A program made the position numbers and the translations under genes. From the IMG/VR virus record IMGVR_UViG_3300028805_000004: DNA of 64,000 bases; one strand, given 5' to 3'. Origin of the DNA: an uncultured virus (IMG/VR IMGVR_UViG_3300028805_000004) (taxonomy: Duplodnaviria > Heunggongvirae > Uroviricota > Caudoviricetes). Below are positions 27,200 through 34,298 of the stretch, piece after piece. The notes beneath the pieces were generated by a model, which did not search any database, was not told the origin of the DNA, and saw nothing but the letters and a program-made list of their open reading frames with translations. How positions within the stretch are numbered: the first letter of the stretch is position 1; every line of letters begins with the position of its first letter.

Positions 27200-27231
27200 T
27201 CATTATCATCCTTGTTTTCCACGCGAAGGGC

Positions 27232-27272
27232 AAAAAATTAACTCCGATGACCTATTTGCGCCACCGGAGTTA
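27232..27272 (-). terminator. Intrinsic terminator ending the late/lysis transcript
   Basis: TAACTCCG...CGGAGTTA stem followed by ATTTTTT on the minus strand. Confidence 0.75.
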
Positions 27273-27288
27273 AAAGTTTCAGAACGTT

Positions 27289-27516
27289 TTACCCCTGGGA
27301 AATATCAGGAGTCGAATCGTGAATAACGTCCAATAGGACCTTATCGTCGGATAGGAAGTTCTCTGTGAAGTGAATCTCGATTGGTTCCTTTGTCGGATCT
27401 TCCAGATTCACCTTGATAAACCCGCACAGATGTGGACTTGATGCTCCCTTTAAAAAGCACTCAAGTACAACTCCCATTACTACACCGATTAAAAGAACTG
27501 CAATATACGTTCCCAT
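27289..27516 (-). CDS. Small membrane-anchored protein (lysis region)
   Basis: N-terminal TM; follows the holin. Confidence 0.7.
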   Translation of the reverse strand: MGTYIAVLLIGVVMGVVLECFLKGASSPHLCGFIKVNLEDPTKEPIEIHFTENFLSDDKVLLDVIHDSTPDISQG

Positions 27517-27537
27517 AGTGTCTCCTTTTCTCGTGTA

Positions 27538-27765
27538 TTATTTAGAAATATCAGTGTAGTCGGCCTTCTCTTTGGAAATCGTCTTAGCGGAAACTCCGAT
27601 CAGCGCACCAAGGAAGGTGTCAATTGCTGTCAGAGTTCCGACGATCTGCTCACCATACGGGAAACCCCAAATGCCGCTCAGTGCGAAATATAGAGTTCCG
27701 CAAGCTGGCAGTACAATGAGACAAATCCATTTAAGAATGTCATATACTTTGTCAGGTAACCTCAT
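27538..27765 (-). CDS. Holin, Dp-1 family
   Basis: DKVYDILKWICLIVLPA..LSGIWGFPYGEQIVGTLTAIDTFLGALIGVS. Confidence 0.88.
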   Translation of the reverse strand: MRLPDKVYDILKWICLIVLPACGTLYFALSGIWGFPYGEQIVGTLTAIDTFLGALIGVSAKTISKEKADYTDISK

Positions 27766-28139
27766 TAATAATCACCTCCAATCTTAGACCGTAAATGTGC
27801 ATCAATGTCCTGTTTCGATTTGGCCACACTTGACGTGTGGTTCCCGTCGAGAGCATGGTCCAGTAATGCTCCCTGAGCCTCCAGTATGAGTTTCATAGTT
27901 TCATCCACCTCTTTAAGGTGATGATAGTCTCTGTCGATTTTCCTTTCGAGATCAGTAATTCTTTTTTCATGATCTCCAAGGACTTCATTCTGCTTCTCTT
28001 CAGGCTTTCTTATCCACCCAATTGCCTTGCAAATATACACAAGAGCACTGCCAAGAACGCCAATGCCTCCGCATATAGCCAAGACTAGCGAAATGACATC
28101 CTGGATAGAAAGCATTGTAACCGGTTCTGGCATTCGCAA
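27765..28139 (-). CDS. Membrane protein with coiled coil (lysis accessory)
   Basis: One TM, HEKRITDLE heptads, ALLDHALDGN; coupled to the holin. Confidence 0.7.
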   Translation of the reverse strand: MRMPEPVTMLSIQDVISLVLAICGGIGVLGSALVYICKAIGWIRKPEEKQNEVLGDHEKRITDLERKIDRDYHHLKEVDETMKLILEAQGALLDHALDGNHTSSVAKSKQDIDAHLRSKIGGDY

Positions 28140-28146
28140 ACCTCGT

Positions 28147-28533
28147 TTATTTTAGTTGAGCAGTCAGATCCTCAAGCATCTTTCGAATATCAGCAAGCTC
28201 TGATTTGGTAACAAACTCACTGGTATCAGGAGCTGCTGGAGTAGTAACCGGAACTGTAGAGAACACCTCGTCGAAGTTGAAGGTTCTCACCGGCTGGGGC
28301 ATAGAGTTAATGTCTGTGCTCTTGATCCAGAACTTCTTTACATTGAAGTCGATCAATATAACAGTTGTACCGGCAGCAACCGGATACGCGTTAACACTTG
28401 CTTCTCCTCCATTCACAATAACAGCCATAAAGCTGCCGGTCGAATTCTGGGAAGGACTAGGTAAAGACCATCCAAAATTCATTCCGTTATTGTTTACACC
28501 AGTGTTAGGGCCGTTTCCCCACATACCATTCAT
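28147..28533 (-). CDS. Six-gene module, gene 6 (hypothetical)
   Basis: N/G-rich N-terminus, VNGGEASVNAYPVAAG, FWIKSTD, FVTKSE. Confidence 0.75.
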   Translation of the reverse strand: MNGMWGNGPNTGVNNNGMNFGWSLPSPSQNSTGSFMAVIVNGGEASVNAYPVAAGTTVILIDFNVKKFWIKSTDINSMPQPVRTFNFDEVFSTVPVTTPAAPDTSEFVTKSELADIRKMLEDLTAQLK

Positions 28534-28919
28534 AGCATTGCCTCCTTTTCAAAATATGCTATCGGTATCTCACTACCTGTGTCTGATGTGTCATAGTAGT
28601 CACCGTCAACGACAGCAACAACGTGACTTCCGGTTGAGACCACATATGTGCCGTTCGGATGGTCTGCACAGAAGTCACGTATTGTATAGCAATCAGGACA
28701 AGTATCAGGAAGGAAATACCGTTTGAACCCAATCCTCAGTAGATAGTCACCCCAGACTTTGTTGGCCGATGGCATGTCTCCGACTAAAGCACCGACAGCG
28801 CAAATCCTAAGATATGTACTAGTCCAGTCTCCCGATCCGTCAACTCGGGTCAGAGCTCTCACCACACAGTCGCCAACCGATTTGCCATATGGATTTGGGT
28901 TAAAATATACAAACGACAT
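28530..28919 (-). CDS. Six-gene module, gene 5: putative papain-fold cysteine peptidase
   Basis: NPNP..VGDCVVRAL and HVVAVVDGDYYDT give Cys-His-Asp order. Confidence 0.55.
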   Translation of the reverse strand: MSFVYFNPNPYGKSVGDCVVRALTRVDGSGDWTSTYLRICAVGALVGDMPSANKVWGDYLLRIGFKRYFLPDTCPDCYTIRDFCADHPNGTYVVSTGSHVVAVVDGDYYDTSDTGSEIPIAYFEKEAML

Positions 28920-28938
28920 TTCCTTTGCTCCTGTTTAC

Positions 28939-29343
28939 TTACTGATCTCTACGAATTCTGTCAATGGTCTCACGAAGTCTTTCTCTCTCATGCTCAGACT
29001 TGGCCTGGTCATAGAGTTCTTCAAGACAAGCGATCATCCTGTCGTTGATACTATGACCGGAATATCCCCGATACATGTCGCCATAGGAATAAGAATGAGG
29101 CATATGCATACGTCCATAGGAATTCCCGCGATAGTATCCGTAAGAGTTCCCGTCCGCATCAAGGCCGTTAGAATATCCAGATTCCTTCATGGCTTTGAGA
29201 GTTACAATATTCAGCATAGTCTGGACGGCCTTATAGACCGAATCCATCTCTGTTGCCGAGATAGTGCCCTTCTTCGCAACTTCGTCAACCTGGTCACAAA
29301 GGAGGTCGTAGAGTTTGTCGAGTTTCTTATGCTCTTCTCCCAT
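28939..29343 (-). CDS. Six-gene module, gene 4 (helical with Y/G/S-rich linker)
   Basis: Start ATG after AAGGAGG; GNSYG repeats. Confidence 0.75.
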   Translation of the reverse strand: MGEEHKKLDKLYDLLCDQVDEVAKKGTISATEMDSVYKAVQTMLNIVTLKAMKESGYSNGLDADGNSYGYYRGNSYGRMHMPHSYSYGDMYRGYSGHSINDRMIACLEELYDQAKSEHERERLRETIDRIRRDQ

Positions 29344-29357
29344 TTTGATTCCTCCTT

Positions 29358-29786
29358 TCACCTAGAAATAATGAGGTTAGAATTTTCAACCAGAATCGGC
29401 TGATCCGAGATGTTCCTTACCGAGAAATTCTCGCAGCATCCACACCACACAGAAACGTTGGCCGAGACAGCGACATTTCCGAACTCCTCAACAGCAGCCG
29501 GAGTGATCGTCATCTGCGTGGCAGGAACAGTGTTACCGTCAATAGCTAATGCTAAAGAAATCGGTCCAACAGTTCCGCCAGTCGGGATAGCAATGTTAGC
29601 TCCGAACTGAACGAGGTAGTTCGTGGAAGGATTGCAAGGACAACCGGATAAACCTTTCAGAAGGAAGATGCCTGTCTCGTCACGATGACGGACAAGGCCC
29701 AAACGACCAGGCACCGGGTTTTCTGTAAATATAACAGTCTCTCCCGGATTCACGGTCTGCTGAGCATTAGCTGACCATTCTGCCAT
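29358..29786 (-). CDS. Six-gene module, gene 3: beta-sandwich protein (BclA C-terminal/C1q-like)
   Basis: Beta-rich pattern YLVQFGANI, ISLALAIDG, SVRNIS; Cys clusters CPC and CGCC. Confidence 0.6.
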   Translation of the reverse strand: MAEWSANAQQTVNPGETVIFTENPVPGRLGLVRHRDETGIFLLKGLSGCPCNPSTNYLVQFGANIAIPTGGTVGPISLALAIDGNTVPATQMTITPAAVEEFGNVAVSANVSVWCGCCENFSVRNISDQPILVENSNLIISR

Positions 29787-29797
29787 AGTCTACCTCC

Positions 29798-30535
29798 TCA
29801 CACGTTCCCGCACTGATTGAAGTTGCAGCCGCAGTTACATCCGTTGGGATTGGGAACACAATATGCGGGGACCGGAGCCGGATTGAGTCTCTGAAGCAGA
29901 GCAGCCGTCTGTGCAGCGTTGTCTGCCATGAGCTGACCGGTCTGAGCATTCTGGCTTGCAGCAAGGTTGGCCATCTGAAGCTGAGTGTTGAGCTGAGCGT
30001 TCTGGGCACGAAGAGTGTCAAGCTCCTGCTGGCACATCTTGTCGACGATGGTCTGAATTCCGGCAGTCTGGTTGGCGATAATCCGTGTAGCAACAGCCTC
30101 GAGAGCGTTCCGGTCAGCGCAGTTCTCGGTGGCCACCGTATACTTCAGATCAGCGATACCGGACTGAATACCGTTGTGCCCCTGAGTGAGAGCTGCCTGG
30201 TTGGAGTTCATAGCCTGCAGAATGTTGGTCATGCCGTTACAACGAGAGATCTCAGCGTTGGCGAAGCCGTTGGACACAGCGGAGGTAAGACCATTGATGC
30301 CGCCCATAATAGCCTGCTGATCGAAGCCTCTCTGCATGTCGTTCTGAATCGTGACGCCCATGCCGTTACCACGACCACCGCCGAATCCGCCCCAGTTGCC
30401 GTTCATACCAGCGAAGAGGAACAAGATCAGAAGCCACCAAGCGCCGTCGTTTCCGAAACCGCCAAAACCACCGTTGTTACCAGTCACTGCAGCCACGTCT
30501 GCCGCAGAAAGACCATTACCATCTACAAAACTCAT
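29798..30535 (-). CDS. Six-gene module, gene 2: Gly-rich TM + coiled coil + Cys-rich tail
   Basis: GGFGGFGNDGAWWLLILFLFAG, N/Q-rich heptads, C-terminal CVPNPNGCNCGC. Confidence 0.8.
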   Translation of the reverse strand: MSFVDGNGLSAADVAAVTGNNGGFGGFGNDGAWWLLILFLFAGMNGNWGGFGGGRGNGMGVTIQNDMQRGFDQQAIMGGINGLTSAVSNGFANAEISRCNGMTNILQAMNSNQAALTQGHNGIQSGIADLKYTVATENCADRNALEAVATRIIANQTAGIQTIVDKMCQQELDTLRAQNAQLNTQLQMANLAASQNAQTGQLMADNAAQTAALLQRLNPAPVPAYCVPNPNGCNCGCNFNQCGNV

Positions 30536-30648
30536 ATTTTAACCTCCGTTTTCGTAGATTGAATAAAGTGTTAATAGGGTTACAGTTTCTCGGCCAAGAA
30601 ACAAATATAAAAAGGAGTCTACATCTCGTAAGCTCCTCTCTACCATGA

Positions 30649-30834
30649 TTAATAGTTTTTACCAGTGATCTGATTCGCCATCATTCTCAACTGGTTGAAT
30701 TGATCCTGTGTCATCTGTCCAGAATTTAACATGTTCTGAACGAGCTGCTGAGGATTTCCCTTACCCTGCATCTGCTGCTGGAATAACTGAAACTGCTGCA
30801 TGAAAGCCGGCATGTTCTCAAAAGGATTAAGCAT
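30649..30834 (-). CDS. Six-gene module, gene 1: small Q/M/N-rich protein
   Basis: NPQQLVQNMLNSGQMTQDQFNQL; AGGAGG RBS. Confidence 0.8.
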   Translation of the reverse strand: MLNPFENMPAFMQQFQLFQQQMQGKGNPQQLVQNMLNSGQMTQDQFNQLRMMANQITGKNY

Positions 30835-30848
30835 TTTGAATTACCTCC

Positions 30849-31727
30849 TTACATCGGATGAATGACTTCCTGCTGTAACAGGTTTCCATCCCATGATGCC
30901 GCGAAGTCATCCAGTGGAGTATCATAGTGTATTGTGGCGGTTGTCGCTCCCCACGGAGCATCTGCCACTTCACCTTCTGACCACGGGACGTAGATGTCGG
31001 TCAACATCGGCCAATAGGGTTTTGTAAAAACTTTTCGCCCAATGGTTGTCGGGGTGCCAAGAAAAATTGCTGTTTCTGCTCTTGATGCTCCAAACTCGAT
31101 ATATATACTTCTTAACGTACGTGGATAAACGACACTTTTAAAGCTGCCGTTGTCAAACCCAAAAGCATGGCTTTCAACTATCTCAAGTACTGGTGCGTAT
31201 AAATATCTTAAAGACACAGAATGGTTTGCACCTCCGTACTGTAACCTATCAGTCCGAAGACTGCGCTCCCCTAGATATACACATTTTGGCAAATATATCT
31301 CTTCTGGGTTACGATTATAAAAAGCATTTGAACCTACGGCAACACAATTTGGAGCAACTATTTTTCTGATTCTACAGGAAGCGTAATAGCTATTTTTAGA
31401 GATACCCGCATATTTTTCAAAGTTCATTGTTGATGATTCCATTTTAAATGCACTCGGAATTACATATTCAGCCTCAATCGTTAAATCTCCATACGCGTCT
31501 TCGCCCGTTGCAATTTGATCAGCGGTCATAGCTTTCGGCAGATGAACAGTAACGGGATTAAACCCCTCCACACCGTCAGGAACTTCGTATGTTCCATTCT
31601 CTGTAACTTCTAACGGCTCGATGATGGGATTCTGTCCCAAACGAATAACACTTCCAATAGTTTCACCTTCTATGGCATTGTCAAGCCTAATAACTCCATC
31701 AATTGCTACTGAATCTCCAGGAACCAT
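30849..31727 (-). CDS. Tail-associated protein with BspA-type leucine-rich repeats
   Basis: TENGTY..GFNPVTV, AVGSNAF, IYLPKC.YLG, IVESHAF, TIGRKVF, LTDIYVPW. Confidence 0.6.
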   Translation of the reverse strand: MVPGDSVAIDGVIRLDNAIEGETIGSVIRLGQNPIIEPLEVTENGTYEVPDGVEGFNPVTVHLPKAMTADQIATGEDAYGDLTIEAEYVIPSAFKMESSTMNFEKYAGISKNSYYASCRIRKIVAPNCVAVGSNAFYNRNPEEIYLPKCVYLGERSLRTDRLQYGGANHSVSLRYLYAPVLEIVESHAFGFDNGSFKSVVYPRTLRSIYIEFGASRAETAIFLGTPTTIGRKVFTKPYWPMLTDIYVPWSEGEVADAPWGATTATIHYDTPLDDFAASWDGNLLQQEVIHPM

Positions 31728-32036
31728 TTACATCACCCCTTCTTTCAGATTCCGAACGAAGGATATAGCCGTCTCCGGAGTAGCATACCGCTTATCGCCG
31801 ATGACGAAATTGCAGGAAACAACTGCGTCACCCTTGCCGATTGCGATGGTTTCTTCCTGAGTAAGATCCCAAGATATCTGCTCACCGGTTACTTCAGCGT
31901 CTTCCAAGGTCTTTTCAAGCAGCACTTTTCCATAGCGGGAAATAATCAGTGAGGCCTTCTCGATCTCAAGCGGTTTGATGACATTGAAGTCAGTGATATA
32001 GATTGTCGGAGTAGTACCGACCACGATTGTTCCCAT
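31728..32036 (-). CDS. Baseplate/tail accessory protein (BppU-like)
   Basis: GTTPT and LTQEET motifs; position in the tail module. Confidence 0.5.
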   Translation of the reverse strand: MGTIVVGTTPTIYITDFNVIKPLEIEKASLIISRYGKVLLEKTLEDAEVTGEQISWDLTQEETIAIGKGDAVVSCNFVIGDKRYATPETAISFVRNLKEGVM

Positions 32037-32047
32037 TTTGAATTACC

Positions 32048-32656
32048 TCACGTTCCGTCTGTGAAAGTGAACCGCATACCGTATGATATAAATGCAGTAT
32101 CACAATTCGGCTGAAGCATTGTCGGGCAGTTTAGAACAACCAGCAGTGCTCCTCGGTTAGTCGTAACACGTATTTCCCGAACACTCAAACTCGACGTCTT
32201 TATCTCTTTCCAGCCATTTGTCCCGCAAGATCTGAGGACATCAATAAAACGAAATGTTCCTGTAACATATGGCTTTTGCGACGGAGAAAGTGCAGTTTCC
32301 GTAGGAATTATAGCTGGTGCTTTTTTTACAAGCGGTACGCGGATCGTCACTGCTCCAGAAGAGAAGAAACCTACGAGCCAATCGTGTATACCGATGTCCA
32401 CATACTCGCCAATATTGTACAGATGGTTTGTGTCCACCTTGACTAACGCTGACGTCAAAGTGCTACCGTATTTGGAAATATCCGTCGTCCCTAACTGGTT
32501 TTTGATCGTTGCAATATCCTGTCGAGCCTGATCGTCAGTTGCTCCAGCATGTCCGTCTGCATAGCACTGGCGTATAGCATTTACGATTGCCGCTCGTACA
32601 TCTCTGCCGTAGACACCGTTCGCTATGGTGTCTAAATATGTTTCAATGTCTGCCAA
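32048..32656 (-). CDS. Tail fibre-associated protein
   Basis: VYGRDVRAAIVNAI N-terminus, DDQARQDI; position. Confidence 0.55.
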   Translation of the reverse strand: MADIETYLDTIANGVYGRDVRAAIVNAIRQCYADGHAGATDDQARQDIATIKNQLGTTDISKYGSTLTSALVKVDTNHLYNIGEYVDIGIHDWLVGFFSSGAVTIRVPLVKKAPAIIPTETALSPSQKPYVTGTFRFIDVLRSCGTNGWKEIKTSSLSVREIRVTTNRGALLVVLNCPTMLQPNCDTAFISYGMRFTFTDGT

Positions 32657-32670
32657 AGGTCATCACCTCC

Positions 32671-34275
32671 TTAACTCTCTGTGTATGGGTAGTCTATGTG
32701 TGCCCAGAACACATTTGCTGTAATAGCGGCAACACTCGTATTCGTGGTGGCCCTGTAAATATTAATATAGCCGTCCGTGCTTATGTATGGCTGTATCTCT
32801 TGGGCATAGTTATTACAAACACCGCCTCTACCACTAGTAGAACCCACACCACGACCATTAACGAGCCAAATTGTATACGGAGGCGCAACCTGTGATCTCT
32901 GAACGCTGTTTATGAAATGCGCTGTTGAGCTATCAACATAGTCAACCAACGAAGTTGCGACATTGTTTTTAACTCCAGCAGTCCACTCCGGGGTGTTGCC
33001 GTCCAGAATAAGCCAAAACAGGCTAAGATCACCCTTCGTGTATAGGGTAAAATATATACCTGTATTGGCTATCTGTTTTCGTGGCGTTAACGTATACCAC
33101 GCTGATATGTTTCTTCCTGGAATCCAAAAGCCGCCATTAGACACCGCTTTATTTTTTGCAACAAGGTATTCAGAAGAGATACTTCTCGGGCCAATATAGG
33201 ATTCGCCCCATAAAGACACCGTTGATGGTGGATGCCAGCCTCTCTGATATATGTCTGGGACAAATGCAGTCGTAGAGGACCCAACTATTTCCAGTCCACC
33301 TTCGACATCGAGCGATGATTTGCCAGTATGCTCAACACCAGATTCGTCAACACCAGTGACATGATCCGACTCCAAAGTCTTTTCGCCAATGTTCCAACCG
33401 CCGACGTTTCCCTTCGTAGCCGTTAGACCATCCTTATCCAGACTAACTTGTACAGCATCGTCCTCGTCGTAAACCTTAATTGTACCAGAAATGTCTTGAG
33501 CTTTACCAGCTTCGATGTCGACGGCTGTAAGTGTGCCGGCGTTAATATGGCTTGCATTAAGATTTCCGATAGCCTGATCACCGAGTTCAGCGGCAACCCA
33601 CGTACTCCCGTTCCATCGATAAATTTTATTACCATCGTTTGTATCAAACCACGTGTCACCAACTTTCTTGCCGGTCGGAGCTGAAGTCTGATAGTATACG
33701 GAGTTTTTTGATTCGGCTGTTGTTTTGGCGGTGTTTGCGGTTTCCATAGCGGTGACGACATCTTCTGGAGCTGGTGTCCAATCCGTCGCGGCTTTACCTA
33801 CCTCGAGTTTAAAATTTTCGATATAAGTTGCGCCTTCACTGCTAAATGTTGTGACAATCTTATCCACTGTTTTACCGGCGGTCGATGTAAGGGTAAATGG
33901 CGACCAAGCATTATTCTGATTTGGCTGGTTAATAGACACCATGGTTCCGTCTGTGTGGTGTATGCGCAAATACATTTTGTTGAATTTATTGTCTGTTCTG
34001 AACTGCGCCCATTTGCCAGAAAGAGTGTATTGAACCCCTTCTTCGAATACTAAATCTGGAAATAAGTTGTCTACACCTTTATTAGTATTAACGTATAGCC
34101 ATCTCGTAGTTACCGGCAAACAATATTTATCATGATATATTCCAAACCCGTCACCAACTGCATTATAAGTCGGTCCAGTCCAAGGCTCCTTCGTAAAGAA
34201 AGCCCTCTGGAGAAGATTACGTCCACTCAAATCACCAGTATCTGTGATTGTAAACATGGCACTAACAGTAGCCAT
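32671..34275 (-). CDS. Tail fibre / receptor-binding protein with carbohydrate-binding-like domain
   Basis: GRNLL..KLEVGKAATDWTPAPED, GDTWFDT..IYRWNG, GNVGGWNI. Confidence 0.75.
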   Translation of the reverse strand: MATVSAMFTITDTGDLSGRNLLQRAFFTKEPWTGPTYNAVGDGFGIYHDKYCLPVTTRWLYVNTNKGVDNLFPDLVFEEGVQYTLSGKWAQFRTDNKFNKMYLRIHHTDGTMVSINQPNQNNAWSPFTLTSTAGKTVDKIVTTFSSEGATYIENFKLEVGKAATDWTPAPEDVVTAMETANTAKTTAESKNSVYYQTSAPTGKKVGDTWFDTNDGNKIYRWNGSTWVAAELGDQAIGNLNASHINAGTLTAVDIEAGKAQDISGTIKVYDEDDAVQVSLDKDGLTATKGNVGGWNIGEKTLESDHVTGVDESGVEHTGKSSLDVEGGLEIVGSSTTAFVPDIYQRGWHPPSTVSLWGESYIGPRSISSEYLVAKNKAVSNGGFWIPGRNISAWYTLTPRKQIANTGIYFTLYTKGDLSLFWLILDGNTPEWTAGVKNNVATSLVDYVDSSTAHFINSVQRSQVAPPYTIWLVNGRGVGSTSGRGGVCNNYAQEIQPYISTDGYINIYRATTNTSVAAITANVFWAHIDYPYTES

Positions 34276-34298
34276 ATTTGTCTCCTTTCAAATATAAC

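Larger units (their letters stand above)
14642..27225 (-). promoter_or_regulatory. Array of 15 promoter-like motifs, consensus CGC-N7-TC-N8-TAATGA
   Basis: 26-bp copies start (+ coordinates) at 14642, 20451, 22525, 22778, 22914, 23399, 23991, 24320, 25347, 25647, 25880, 26263, 26738, 27084, 27200; each precedes an RBS/start or an ncRNA. Confidence 0.85.

Noticed and set aside
22250..27280. CRISPR array suggested by recurring ~25-35-bp repeats
   Set aside because: The repeats belong to several families, spacing is irregular (150-500 bp), the intervals are RBS-led genes, and no cas operon is present
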